Shown here: positions 25,340 through 38,385 of the stretch, piece after piece | Layout: each line of letters begins with the position of its first letter | How positions within the stretch are numbered: the stretch's first letter is position 1 | Source: Heptranchias perlo | Lineage: Eukaryota | Length of the DNA: 64,000 bases | Reading direction: 5' to 3' | Assembly: GCF_035084215.1 (NCBI RefSeq) | Contig: NC_090326.1 | Location: 137,020,001-137,084,000 of the forward strand | Notes under the pieces: model-generated | The model's input: only the letters and a program-made list of their open reading frames with translations | What the model was told of the DNA's origin: nothing | Databases searched by the model: none | Made by a program: the position numbers and the translations under genes

Positions 25340-25504
25340 GATGTGGAGATGCCGGTGATGGACTGGGGTGGACAAATGTAAGGAATCTTACAACACCAGG
25401 TTATAGTCCAACAAATTTATTTTAAAATCACAAGCTTTCGGAGATTATCCCCTTCGTCAGGTCACCTGACGAAGAGGATAATCTCCGAAAGCTTGTGATT
25501 TTAA
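25340..25504. mobile_element. PLE terminus with a short fold-back of the hammerhead region
   Basis: Tail GATGTGGAGATGCCGGTGATGGACTGGGG. Inverted arms 25422-25462 and 25464-25504 around CTGACGA..GAAAGCTTGTGA. No clear TSD. Confidence 0.85.
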
Positions 25505-25696
25505 TAGTGCAGTATGATCTCTTATTTGCCACCTATTTCTAGAAAATTCACAGGTGATTGCTGCAACAGCTTTGCTGTCTGCACTGTGTTATTCAGACTG
25601 GTTTGGATGAGATTTCGAGTGACTGGACAAACTTGAGCTGCACCTGTGCCTAATTAGATAGTCTGATTATGAATGAACTTACCCAATGCTCTTGAT

Positions 25697-26010
25697 AACA
25701 ACAACTTCTATTTATGTGATGCCTTTACGATAGAAAAATGTCCCAAGGCACTTCACAGGGGCATAATCAAGAAATTAGGAAGGCTGAGACAAAACCTGGT
25801 CAAAGAGGTGGGTTTTAAGGAGACAATTCCAGAATGTGGAGCTTAAGTGGCTGAAGGCATAGCCCCAGTGGTGTGGTGCTAGAGGGTGTGGATGCAAGAG
25901 GCCAAAGACAGAGCAACGGGGACATGGATTGGTGGTTGGGTGGGGGTTCAGAGCTGGAGGATGTTACAGAGATAGGGAGAGGCGAGGCCATGAAGAGAAT
26001 TAAACAGAGG
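25697..26010 (-). mobile_element. L2-type LINE 3' end fragment
   Basis: acaacaacttctatttatgtgatgccttt..tcccaaggcacttcaca resembles the reverse complement of an L2-like tail. Confidence 0.5.
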
Positions 26011-27652
26011 CTTTGTGGGTCTTGAGTCTCCTCTGAGTAAACAGCCACCTCATTCACCAAGCACCCTATTAAATGAGCACTGGGAGGCCTCCAGGCTATT
26101 TGATCCAAAAGCACACCGCCTAAAAACTAGGCTATCAAACTTTGAGATATGCATTTTGATGCCTGTTTTTTGCCTTGCCAAACTGACCTTTGTGCATTAT
26201 GGCGACTTCATATTTTTTTCTGCTGCTTGCTACTGGTTTTCTGCAATTCAACACTCGTTAGGTGAACATCTCCAACAATTCATCCTCAACCTTGATGCGT
26301 GTGCCTGTTTTTAAGATTTGTTTTGAATGTCACTAATTCTTCTTGGTTACTGTTGCAACATTTGCTTACGCTATCTTCTGATGTTTCATAGCTTCCACAG
26401 GAATGAAGTCTGCTTCATTTGCTAGAAGGTTTCTTAACTATAGAAATATCCAAATGTTGTTACCCCACGCTTAGAGAGTGCTGGCTACACTAAACAGTAT
26501 TCATCCAGCTTCAAGTCAGGTGGAAGATAAGACGATACAGAGATTGCTTTAGGGATGAGTCTTCCAAAGATGCATTGGTTGAGTGACATTCAGTGATAAC
26601 CCCTGTGTTTGTGGAAAACATGTTTAAGTATCTGGTGCCCAAACTATCTCAAATCAACCTCAATGCAGGGCTAATTAACCTCAGGTCCTGGATTGACTGA
26701 AACTGATAGCAAGACTACGACAAAAATATCTTGGTCTTGTAGAAGTGTTACCAGTCTCATAAGTGCAGGCTTCAGTCAAAGCGGTTTTCTGTGAATTAGC
26801 TTTGATTTTAAACTTGTTTCCAGTCGGCCCTAATAATTATCAGAACAGTTCTGGTTAGCACATTCCTTATGAGGTGCTACACTGTAGAAGACCACAGGGA
26901 ATTTGTTGTGGGACCAATTTTCATTTATCTAAATAATTTTCTTGCCTGTAATGTGGGCAGCACACACATAAAGCACAGCCACAAAAACTTCTCCCACAGA
27001 ATTAGGAGTTCAGTGCCAATGCCATAGGTCTTGTGTGCGAGGCATGACGCAGCTTATCAGGATGCACATTATCTTCTAGTCTCTTCAGAATTTTAAAAAC
27101 ATTCCCAGATTATATTAAATAATGAATAAAAAAGGAATGAAAAAGTTTTTAAGAAGCACTGTGCCGAGTTTGTCCCCTTATCCAACTTGCCAGGGAACAA
27201 CTTCACCTCTATTGATACATGGTGCTACCCCAATGTGCTTCTAAAAAACCCTCAACGTGTGAATGTATAAATACCAAGTTATCAGCAAGGTACCATGCCC
27301 TAGTGATGTATACATACTGCATGACTCAATAAAATATTGATTTAAAGAAGAAAAAAAATCAAAAAAGCACCAGAACTCCAAGAATATAAATTTTCACAAA
27401 AATTGTAATATGGGTCAACTCCCATCTGACTGGAATTATAGGGGAACCACTGCCTCTCTACGTCTCAAGGAATTGAAGAGATAGACTAAGGAGGAGTGAG
27501 TGGATTAAAGGTGTCCAGTTGGAGAACCTAAAATAGTGCATAGATGAGGAACCCCATCCCCTTGGATGTTTTGGGTCTAATTCTTTGAAAAGTTTCTGAA
27601 TACCGCTCTGTTCTGTTCAGCACCAGGTGTTCCTCACCAGTCAGAAGTCACT

Positions 27653-29689
27653 GGGCTCCATTTTAGCACCCGCTATGGGTGCGTTCCTGGCGGGGTGGCT
27701 CCGAAAATCGGGGAATCCTGGAGTGGGTCGGGAGCCCGGTTCCAACCCGCCACTTCCGGGTTCCCCACAGACGCGCCGACGTGCGCGCGCAGCCCCCGCA
27801 TGTGGGACTCCCGCAGGCAATTAAAGCCGGCAGGGTGCCACTTAACAATATTTATCTTGGTATTTCAGGTCATTAACAGACCTGATTAAGGGAATATGTC
27901 AGGAGGGGTGGGATTTTAGAAACAACTGGGACTGTTTCCCATACTGGGGGAAACACTCCCAGTTGAAATGGACGTGTTGCAGCTATCAGCCTGTGGCAGC
28001 TGCAAAGGTCCATTTGACAGGTGGAGGGGTTGGGCAGGGGGGGGGGGGGGAGTGGCCTCATTGCAGGAGGCCACTCTGTCACTTGGGACAAAGTTTGGCC
28101 TCCACCACCCTCCTCCTGACAATCAAATTCACCAACTTGCACACTTACCCCGGGGTCCAGAGACATGTACCTACCTTGCGGACCCCCTCAGATGTACATC
28201 TTCCGGATGGGGGCCGCCATAACTGCAGTCATGACCTTCTCGGAGGGCGAACAGCATCACCAGCCTCGCCGGCCACGCCGTCCACCTCTGACACGTGGAG
28301 CTCCACAACACAGTGCTGTGACACATTCACCTGCACAGCAGGAGGGAGGGCAACCACAGAGAGAGATGCGTCGCAGGGGGCACTACCCTCGCCACAGGGT
28401 CCACAGACCGAGGCTCAGCTTCCTGGACCTCTCTGAGCAGCAGTGCACACGGAGGCTCAGAGTCACTCGACATGTAATCGTGGACATCTGCAGCCTCCTT
28501 CATGCCGAGCTGCTCCCGGCTGGCCCGAGCACCATCTTCTTACCTGTTGCTGTCAAAAGTCACCACTGCCCTCAACAACTTCTCCTCCGCATCCTTCCAG
28601 GGTGCCACCGGGGTCATCGCCGACGTCTCTCAGTTGTCTGCACAAAAGAGCCCTGCAAATACACCTACACCCACTCTGCAGTGACACAATGGGTGGCATC
28701 AGGTGTGGGTCTTCATTGTGATCCTCAGGAAAGGGCATTATTGCACAAATCAGACAAGATTCGCAAAGACATGGCAGTAGCGGTGCCAATATAATGTGAT
28801 GTGAGTTGGTCAGAAATCAATAGAAGTAAAAACCATGACAAACCCTCAAACACCCTTGTGCATCCCCTTCATGCTCATGACACGTTTGCCTTACGCTGCC
28901 TACTGCACATATGTGATGCATGCCCTGTGGCTGCAGCACAGGTAGTGGCAGGTTGAGTGCGGCTGACCGTGAAAGAGATGCATGAGAGGGTGAGTATGAG
29001 ATGGAGCCATGAGATTGTATGAGGATTGGGTTGAGTGGTAGTGGCAGGATGAGTACTGGCGAGGTGAGTATGTGCAGGTAAGATGAGGATGAGGTTTGAG
29101 TGGGTGTGAGGGGTGATGTGACAGAGTAGTGTTGGCAGTGCAGAAGGAGATGTGGGGTGGGGGCGGTGATGTGGCAGACGGAGTGTAAGGGAATGAGTAA
29201 GTGTACTCCCTTTGGCTGACCTACTTAGGTCATTGCAGCGCCTCCTGCACTGTATGCAGGTGGGCGATATGTTGGTGGTGCAGGTGACCTCCTCTGCCAC
29301 CTCGAGCCAGGCCTTCCTGGTGGCAGAGGCAGGCCGCTTCCTCCCGACGGCCGGGGGGGAAGATCTCTGTCCTCCCCCTCCTCCTCACCCCATCTAATGA
29401 TACCTGGAGTGAGGCATCATTAAACTGGGAGCAGCCTTCCCCCTGGGCTGCTCCATGCTATATTTTTTCCTATTTGTTGCAGCATGTGTCAGTGGAGGAC
29501 TGCCCCTTTAAATAGAGCTCCTCCAGCTGACAGACCTTACTGCGCATGCGCAGTCCGCCCGATGCGCAGCTCAGCAGTGGGGAACCCGGAAGACCAGGTA
29601 AGTGGATCCAAATTAGGCTGCGATCGCGCGCGAGGCAGACTGATTTCGCCCCCCCGCTGCGAACCCACAGCCCTGGCAATATCGAGCCC
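27653..29689. mobile_element. Non-autonomous Harbinger deletion derivative (about 2.0 kb)
   Basis: Termini GGGCTCCATTTT and AATATCGAGCCC, flanks act/att. Transposase N-terminus on + (RPRLSFLDLSEQQCTRRLR..KVTTALNNFSSASFQG). Myb fragment on - (KAWLEVAEEV..QCRRRCNDL). Confidence 0.88.
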
Positions 29690-30424
29690 ATTGTGTCAAG
29701 CCTCAGTAAGCAACAGTTTAAGTCAGTTGGCAATGCATGCTTCCTCCAGGATGATGATTTGCAACAATATTTAGAAGATACATATTGGCACCATTGCAGT
29801 TCACACCATCCTATGGTGAAGTCTTTTCTTCTTTGTTCAACTGGTGCTAATGGAAACTCCTCTGACACTGATGGTAAGTTGAGACTTGGCTTGTAAATGG
29901 ATAACACCAGTCAACTAGCTCTGATGGAATTCCTTCCAGTGAACAGGACTTTCTGCTAGCCTGATGAGTGGCATCTGTCTGTACAAAATCTTTTTTGTGT
30001 CATTTAGAGATTGAATAGTCAGAAATGGAAGAACTCGGGTATCAAGACAGGATCCCCTGACTGACCAGGTCCACCCTTGCAGTAGATACAATCTTTCAGT
30101 AACATGTTGGAAGCAATCCCTTCTGGTATGAGTGAGAGGCGCTAAAGAAATTTGTGGCCATTAAACACAATAAGATATGGTTAATTCTAACAGCATTTAA
30201 GTTTGTCCCCACCAGACATAATTTTGATAACCTCAATAAGATCTCACTGATTTTTCAAGTCTTCTTTCATTACTATAAGCTGTTCTGCTATCATTCTAAT
30301 GAATTTTCACTGTACCCTTTCCATACCTCTAATATTCTTCCTGAATGAAATGCTCCAGAACTGCATGCAGTACTTCAACTGTGCCCTAATCTCTGCTTTG
30401 TACAGATATCAGTTCCTTGCTCTT

Positions 30425-31010
30425 ATTGAAAAGCAGAGAAGTTATGTTAAACTTGTATAGAACCTTGGTTAGACCACACTTAAGAGTACTCTGCACAGCT
30501 ATGGTCTCCATATTACAAAGAGGACATAGAGGTACCGGGGTAGGTGCAAAAAATATTTAAAGGATGATACCAGATCTGAGTGGTTATAACTATCAGGAAA
30601 GACTGAACAGATTCTCTAGAAAAGAGAAGGCTGAGGGGTGACCTAATAGAGGTCTTTAACATTATGAAAGGGTTTGATAGGGTAAACGTAAAGAAGATAT
30701 TGCCACTTGTGGGGGAGTCTAAAACTAGAGGACATAAATAAGATAGTCACTAATGAATCCAATAAGGAATTCAGGAGAAAAGTCATTACCCAGAGAGTGG
30801 TTAGAATATGGAACTTGCTACCACATGGAGTAGTTGAGGCGAATAGCATAGATGCATTTAAGGGACAGCTAGATAAGTACATGAAGGAGAAAGCTATATG
30901 CTGATAGGGTTAGATGAAGTAGGGTGGGAGGAGGCTCATGTGGAGCATAATCATTGGCATGGACCAGTTGGGCTGAATGGCCTGTTTCTGTGCTGTAAAT
31001 TCTATGTAAT
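30425..31010 (+). mobile_element. CR1 LINE 3' fragment within older minus-strand CR1 remnants (about 30180-31240)
   Basis: TQRVVRIWNLLP..FKGQLDKYM and the 3' motif GGGCTGAATGGCCTG. Confidence 0.8.
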
Positions 31011-31584
31011 ATCCAATGTTGCTATGTGTAAAACCCAGACTCTCATTTGCCTTTTTATGGCCTTTTAACTTGCACTTGCACCTTTAAATGTCTATGCATC
31101 TGCATCCCTAGATCTCTGATCCTTTATTTAGCTGAGTCTTACAATTTAAGGTACACTTCCTTTCAATATTCTTTTTCCCCAAAATATAATATTTTATATT
31201 TCTCTGCGTTGAATTGCAGCTTCCACCTGTCTACATCTTTCTGCTATGTCCTGCATTCTTCCTTACAGATATAAACTCAGGGGATCCCTCTTTCAGTTTC
31301 TTTCTAGTACTAGTGCTGGTATGTTAAGTCTGAAAGTAATTGCAAAAACTCCCGAGTAGACTAGTGAAGAGAAAATAGACCACACACTTATTCATACTAG
31401 TTGACAGCAATTTTCTTCTTTAACATTTCACATTCTAGATTTTTACAGATTGATCTGAAGATGCAATTATATAAGCTGAATTTCTTCAAAACATAATGGG
31501 ACAAGGCTACATTTAAAAATATATATATATTGGTGGCATATAAGAAACGATGGTGATGTAACTGTACTGTTCATCTTTCAAAAA

Positions 31585-31755
31585 AAACTTGCATTTTTAT
31601 GTCATTAAAATGTTTCAAAACACCATGTAATGAACTATTTTAGGAATGCAGTGACTATTGTTATGTAGATAGGTGCCCTGTGCATTCTGTACCAGCAACA
31701 TCCCACAAACAGCAATGATATGAATGACTGTCAACCTGTTTTGTAATGGTACTGG
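31585..31755 (-). mobile_element. Degenerate SINE 3' fragment
   Basis: acttgcattt..cccacaaacagcaatga is shared with the SINE at 14792-15252. A similar piece lies at about 43200-43345. Confidence 0.55.
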
Positions 31756-32818
31756 TTAACTCTTGATCAATATTGATCATTTAGATTAAGTATAAGGGTA
31801 AATCTAAATGTGTAAACACATTATTTAGTAAACATCGGAACATTTTTAAAAGTGCAGGTAGACCATATACAGTTAACAGATCTGAAATAGTAAAGAATTT
31901 ACCATGTTCTTACTTATGAAAGATGTTATCAAACATTCTTTTGTATTATTTACTATTCCCACTACCGCTCTGCACCAATGCAAATAGAAAAAATATAATA
32001 AGCAAATAAAAGGAATGCTGTCAGCCCTTAAGTGCACTGTAAAAGTCACCCACCAAAATAAGTAACCCTCTGCACTGGTATGACAAAACAAAAGACCAGC
32101 ACTAGCTCAATGTCGGTACCAGTAACTTATACAATTAAAATGGTTTGATTACCTTTTATAACGTAAAGCTTGTTTCTCATCGTATTTTAAATGCTGCCTT
32201 AATCCTAATTACATATACATACAATAAATATAAGTCAACATTACTAGATTTAATATACTTGTATAAAAGACCACATAATAATGTATATTTCAGGAGTGTG
32301 AGTGAGAATGCCAGAAAATATTAATTAACTGCAATTAATTATTGCTTAACTGGCTGACCCACAGGGTACAATCCAAAGTAATGAAAACCTAATGGCATCC
32401 ACCTTTTAACAAATGGGACACTGCACCAGTAGTGGCACATTTTAAAGCTTTTTTTTTAATTTATAGATTAAAAATTGCAATTGGTTCAAGAAAAATACTT
32501 GCATGAATAACAATTATACAATGTACCAATCTGTTTATATTTATGCACCAAATGGCCTATAAGATATATCAATTTTAAAATTGGATATAGTCACCTGCAT
32601 TATTATGCTTTTGAACAATCCACGACTGAGAATGATAGGAGATCTAATGTGCTTATAATATAATACATTGCTGATGCATACTGCCATTGCTGTTATTGGG
32701 CTAATGTGATCTGAATAGTTTACAAACATTGTACTAAAATTTCTCTGAACATCATTACTACAGTAGAAGGATACAGTGTATGTACTGCAATATAAAACAC
32801 AGTAGAAACATTTATTAC

Positions 32819-32900
32819 CCAGCCACTTCCACTGCCTTGATTTTTGGCAAATAGCAGAGATGAACCTTGCAACACTGTCCAAGATGATGTCCAATTCTTC
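32819..32900 (-). CDS. ARHGAP12: ARHGAP12 PH-domain exon ((R)KNWTSSWTVLQGSSLLFAKNQGSGSGW), phase 2 to 0
   Basis: ttatag| acceptor and TGG|gtaata donor, 82 nt. Matches RKNWLSSWAVLQGSSLLFTKTQGSSTSW and joins in frame to 6789-6893. Confidence 0.95.
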
Positions 32901-34059
32901 CTATAATTAAATTTGTTAAAAGATATTCATTAAAATACACAGAATTGTCCTTACAAAATTATATTTAAATAGCATAATATATTTAAACTTGTATCAATAT
33001 TCTAAGCGCAGCTTCAAAATGAATTTCCTCATAATTAATGTACATAATACAGTCTAATTCAAAGAGTTGCAGATTTACATAGAATCAAATATAGTGAATA
33101 TCTCCAAATAGTTGCAATATTTCAATTTCCAGTATAAAGCCATTCCATCTGCCTATATAATTAAAGTTTTGCAATTACGAATATGTGATGGTGGTAGTGT
33201 CCCTTCAGTCACATTTCAGAAACAGCGGCTACTGTCCTTTTGACCAATCAAATCCCAGAACCATGTCTGTACCACTTCTGATTGATTCTTTTACTGAAGG
33301 AAACAATTATAGTTCTACCAAAAAAACATTCTGTAGCATATAATTGCTGTGACAGTTCTCAACCTCCTAGACACTACATTTCAACCTCTCCTGCACCCAT
33401 GGTCCTACCCTCCCTGGATGATACAGCCTCAGCTTCAGCAACGACAGCCACCCAAAATAATGGATCTGCGCAGCCCAGCTTGATATGTCTCGCTCCTGTT
33501 CACTGCCCAACATCCTGTTATCACTGCAGCTGCACAGACATCTCTATCCCCTTCTTTGGCTTAGGACTCTGTGTCAACCACCCTGAGTTTGTACCTCTGT
33601 CTGAATAAATTAAAATCCTCACAGGTGACTTTCTGCTAAGAGAAAATAAGTACGGTCTTTTCTAATGATTGACACCGCAAGAGGACAAGGAATTCTTTGC
33701 TCTCAGAATGATGCTGATTTAAACTGAATTATTTAGTCATTCACAATGAAGTCCTTTTATTTTGTGGACTGAACAGCAGCAACAAATAATGTCCAAGTGG
33801 TGCCAATTGGCTTTGTAGTTAAGAATTCAAGTGAATGAACATAGCTAATGGAAAAGTCCCAGAATTTTTGTGCATTTCACTCCTTTTATAGAAAATGGTA
33901 GATGACCCACAACACCTGCCCCCCTCAACTTCATTTGCATCAACAGCTCAACTTCAGCCTGTGTTTTTGTCCCATCTTCCTCCAATGCCCAGTACCCCTC
34001 CAATCCATCCCATCATATCTGCACTCGGACAACCAGCCTTCGGGGGGCGGGGGGGAAAC

Positions 34060-34580
34060 TGTAGGGCTGAAGGAATTTACAGATTTAGGGATTTAAACAT
34101 GAAGATGAGAATTTTAAATTGGCGACATTGGGGGACTGAGATCCATGTAGGTCAGCAAGAACAGGGGTGACGGAAGTGGGACTTGGTGCAGGAAAGGATA
34201 TAGGCAGCAAAGTTTTGGATGAGCTAAAGTTTACAGAGCGCGCGGAGGTTAGGAAGTCAGCCAGGAGAGCATTGAAATAGTTGAGTCTGGCGGTGACAAA
34301 GGCATGGACAAAGGTGGAGCCGGGCAATGTTACAGAAGTGGAAGTAGGTGATCTTTGTGATAAGAGAGGATTATAGGGTCAGAAGCTCAGGTGGTGGTCA
34401 AATAGTACACAGAGGTTGCGAACGGTCTGGTTCTGTTCTGTGAGAGAGATGGAATCAGTGGCGAGGGTAAGGAGTTTGTGACGAAACTGAAGATAATGGC
34501 GTCAGTCTTCCCAATGTTTGACTGGAGAAAATTGCGGCTCATCGAAGATTGGATGTCGAACAAGCAGTCTGACAACACAG
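34060..34580 (-). mobile_element. L2 LINE RT C-terminal fragment
   Basis: LSDCLFDIQSSMSRNFLQSNIGKT and FVHAFVTARLNYFNALL are L2-like motifs. Confidence 0.75.
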
Positions 34581-35254
34581 GTGATGGTTGGTAGTGGAGA
34601 ATGATGAGATCTGATGATGGATGTCTAAACGAGTTGTGCGCAGATACACTTAAGGCTATACCCCTTGGACTTGAAGGAGTGAAGAACCAGGATGGGACAA
34701 AGTAATGGTTCTACTGGGAACAAGGATGTCAAAGGTGGAGGAGTGGGAGTGGCTGAGCAGAGCGATAGCTACAGATGTATTGTGGTGAATGGAGGCCCAA
34801 AGACCAGGGAATTGAGAGTCTGAAGTGCAGTTGAAATTGACTTGGGAAGCATTTTATCCAGGGTACAAATAAAGTTTGTGTTTGTGGCCTAAATTTACAG
34901 GTTTGGCATTGTTTCAACATTTCTAATATATAAAATGAAAAAAAAATCTAGTTTATTCCAAAAATACTGTCAACTTTTGTTTCAAATGCTTGTTCAATTT
35001 CAATATGCAATATTTAGCACTAGACCAATCCAGAATTTATTCTGCAGGTGTATGCATTTTCAATAATATCCCGTTCTGAAAGTGGCAAACAGACCCTTAT
35101 TTAAAGAGTTAGAATGGAAATTGGCTCGTAACGAGTTGGAAACATATTATTTTTCAGTGGGATGTCATATTTACCATCGGAAAAGCATCTTTAGAAGGAT
35201 AAACACTAAACTATTTGAATTTTCAAACAAATTGCCCATGTCTTAAGTACTCAC

Positions 35255-35316
35255 CTGACTTTTTTGCCATTCTCAGTGATCTTTGTTACATAAAGTAACC
35301 CATATTTTTCTGAGAC
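35255..35316 (-). CDS. ARHGAP12: ARHGAP12 exon, start of PH domain (VSEKYGLLYVTKITENGKKV(R)), phase 0 to 2
   Basis: tttacag| acceptor and AG|gtgagt donor, 62 nt. Matches EKYGLLNVTKIAENGKKVR. Confidence 0.95.
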
Positions 35317-35512
35317 CTGTAAATTTAGTGAAATAAATAGAAGTTTGTTTTTTATGGCAAGACAACAATAAGGAACAGAGTTGATTAAATAATTTCTAGT
35401 TAGACCAATTCATGGCTATTCACTAGAAACAACAATCATGTAATTTCCTTCAGCTGACATTTAGCTCATTTTAATAGGCGTTGCCGTTTTTTGCTAGTGA
35501 ATGTATACGAAC

Positions 35513-35596
35513 AGTTGTTGATGGCTGTGGATACTTTGGCGACGAGGGTGGCTCATTGTTGTTGTCATGGATTAGCTTTGGACTAGTTGCAGGCTC
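35513..35596 (-). CDS. ARHGAP12: ARHGAP12 Pro/Ser-rich linker exon (EPATSPKLIHDNNNEPPSSPKYPQPSTT)
   Basis: ctttttag| acceptor and ACT|gttcgt donor, 84 nt, phase 0-0. Resembles ESPTASKPCFPENESSPSSPKHQDT. Exact donor slightly uncertain. Confidence 0.8.
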
Positions 35597-36149
35597 CTAA
35601 AAAGTCAAAAAAAAAGTGACAGTATAACTCTTAAAGAAATACAATTAGCATCAAACCAGAAATAGTCAGTCATTTAATCTTAATGAACAATGTCAAACTA
35701 ATAATTTTAAACTAAATCCAGTCACAATAAGTCAGGGTTGCTAAGTATGAATACACACAAAATTGTAATCATTGGTGTGGAAACATGCTAATATTAAAGA
35801 TGAAGCCAGGGTAGTCAACGCAAAGGACAAAAACTGTTAACTGCCAATCCTCTACAATTATTTATCAACAAGCTTCTTTCCTGCCCAGAATCATATCTCT
35901 TGTCATTCCAACAACCAGTCATATTCAAATGACCATGATAGTCTTGCTTTCAACCTCTCTCCAAAATGGTCAAGTATAAGCCAGGCGTCTTTCTTCTCTG
36001 TTCCAATTCAAAGTTGAAGTAGTCCAGGTAATGTTTCATAATACTTTTGCTACTGCCAGCCTTCTTACAGCCTAAATGGCCTGCAAATCATTTCCAAACA
36101 CACTTATACCAGCAACTTGCCGTTAATGTAATAGTGAAGCCAGTCACTG

Positions 36150-37300
36150 AATAGTGATGAGAGAAGGATTCAGGGAGATGACCAAAAGCATAGCTAAAGA
36201 AATATGGATTCTTTTGAAGGAAGGGAGAAAGGTAGCAAGGTAAAGCATTCCAAAGAGTGCTGATAAGATGAATGGCCAAATGTGGAAGTTGGGGGTGGGC
36301 TACAAAAGAGGAACAGAGAGCATGTGTTATGTAGAGGTGGAGCAGGTTTTAGAAGTCGGGAGTGAGAGGCTATGGAGGAACTTGTAGACAAGGGCAAGGA
36401 TCCACTGGGATAATCAGAGCCATTGGAGTGTGCTGAGGACTGAAATGATAAAAGAGGACTTAAAATGTGGGTTGCAGAGTTTTCGATGAATTATAGTTCA
36501 CTTAACATGGAAATCGGAGGCAGGAACACGCGAGTCTGGAAGCGACAAAGTCGTGGGTAAGGATTTCCAAGGCAGTGATGGACAATGTTGCAAAAGCGGA
36601 AATAGGCAGCGTTTACAGAGGCAAGATTGTGGGGTTTGAAGCTTAGCTTAGGGTCAAGCAGGATACTAAGGGTGCACATTGTTGGGTTCAGTATTAGCAA
36701 GCGTCTAAGGAGGGAGATGGAATCATGTGCTAGGGTGCAAAAGTTTTAGCAGGAGCTGAACAGGATAGCTTCAGCTTTGCTGATATAATGTTGGAGAAAG
36801 TTCCTCTTCCGCAATTTGATGCAGACAGGCGGTCACACAGCACAGGTGGTCATAGAATTGGGTGATGGCAGAGAGGTAAAGCTTGGGTGGTGCCAGCGTA
36901 AGTATGAAGTTGACACCATTCCTATGGATAATATGAAGCAGCAGCAAATAGACAATGAAATGAAAGGCGCCAAGGATAGATCTTGGGCACACAGAAATGA
37001 CTGTGCAGCGGTGGGAGGAGAAACCATCGCAGGCGATATGATGACTGTGTAGGAGCAGGCAGAAGTTTAACCAAATGAGGGCAGCACTGTGGAGGTAAAC
37101 CACAGAGGAGAGATAATAGAAGATGGGGTGCCCGACAACGTTGAACAAGTCAAGAAAGTAGCATACCATGATTGCAGTCAGAAAGAATGGCCGTGGTGAC
37201 TACACTGAAGTGATTCAATCAGGAAGTGGCATGGGAGCTCAGTGGTGCCAACATATTCAAGGACCTTGGAGAGGACAGTGGGCTTTTGAGTAACGCACTC
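36150..37300 (-). mobile_element. Old L2 LINE remnant
   Basis: ILLDPKLSFKPH..VNAAYFRFCNI and other decayed L2 RT motifs. Confidence 0.6.
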
Positions 37301-37444
37301 CACTGACAATGTCTGCAACCAATGTGCTGAGGAGAGGTACTTGTTTGGTAAGGAACTGGGTGGGAAGGGAATCAAGAGCGAAGGAGGCGTGTTTCATTGA
37401 AGATATGAGTTTGGTGAGGACAGTGGGGAGGGGGCTAGATGTAA

Positions 37445-38385
37445 GAGAATCAGAATATTATAGTACAGAAACAGGCTATTGGGTCTATCGAGTCTGCGTT
37501 GGTGTTTTTCTCTGTATGAGCCAACTAGTCAAACTACAGCCTAATTCCCTTTTCAAATAATGTATGAACTCTGTTTCAACAATGGTTTATGGCAAAGAAT
37601 TCTAGATTCTAGCCACCATTTTTAACCACCCATTTAATTGATTTTATGGTTATCTTACATGTGTCTGTTCGTTACTTATTCCCAACCACTGGAAACAATT
37701 GCTTATCATAACTCTTCATAATCTTTAAGACATCCAGCAGATCACCAGTTAATCTTTTCAGTTCGAGTGACATTAGTGAATGAACTTTTCCCATTGCTTC
37801 TATTTTCTACAATGGAATGCTGAAAACTGTACACAGTACTCCAACTGCAGCTTAAGTTGTTGCACACAATCAACATTACCTCTCTACATTTGTAATTTAT
37901 ATCTACTGGACACAAAACAAAGGATTTTGTTTGCCTTTTTTATGACCTTGTTACACCTTTTATGACTTGTGTATTTGTATACCGAGGTCCTGCTGCTCCT
38001 TTTAAAATGTTGCCAGTTAAGATATATTTCCTTTCCCTATTATTTCCAAAATATATCACTTCACACTTTTCTACATTTTTATATTTGTTCTTGGATGTCG
38101 GAGATGTGTGCAAGGCTGCAATTATTGCCCATTCCTAATTGGCTTGAGAAGATGGTGGTCAGTCCTCTCCTTGATCGGCTGCAGTCCTTATAGTGATGGT
38201 GCTCCCACAATGTGAATTCCAGGATTCTGACCAAGTCAGAATGGCTTGTGATTTGGAAGGGAACCTGGAGGTGATGGTACTTCCACAGCATTGCTACTCT
38301 TGTTGTTCTTGGTGGTAGAGGTCACAGGGCAAGGAGGTGCTGTTAAAGTAACCTTGGTTAGTTGCTGCAATACATCCTGCAGAGT
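37445..38385 (-). mobile_element. Decayed CR1 3' fragment abutting a 3' fragment (about 38085-38385) of the SINE-headed LINE family
   Basis: acagaaacaggctattggg CR1 tail, and ttattgcccattcctaattg matching the reverse complement of the 23170-23190 region. Confidence 0.6.
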
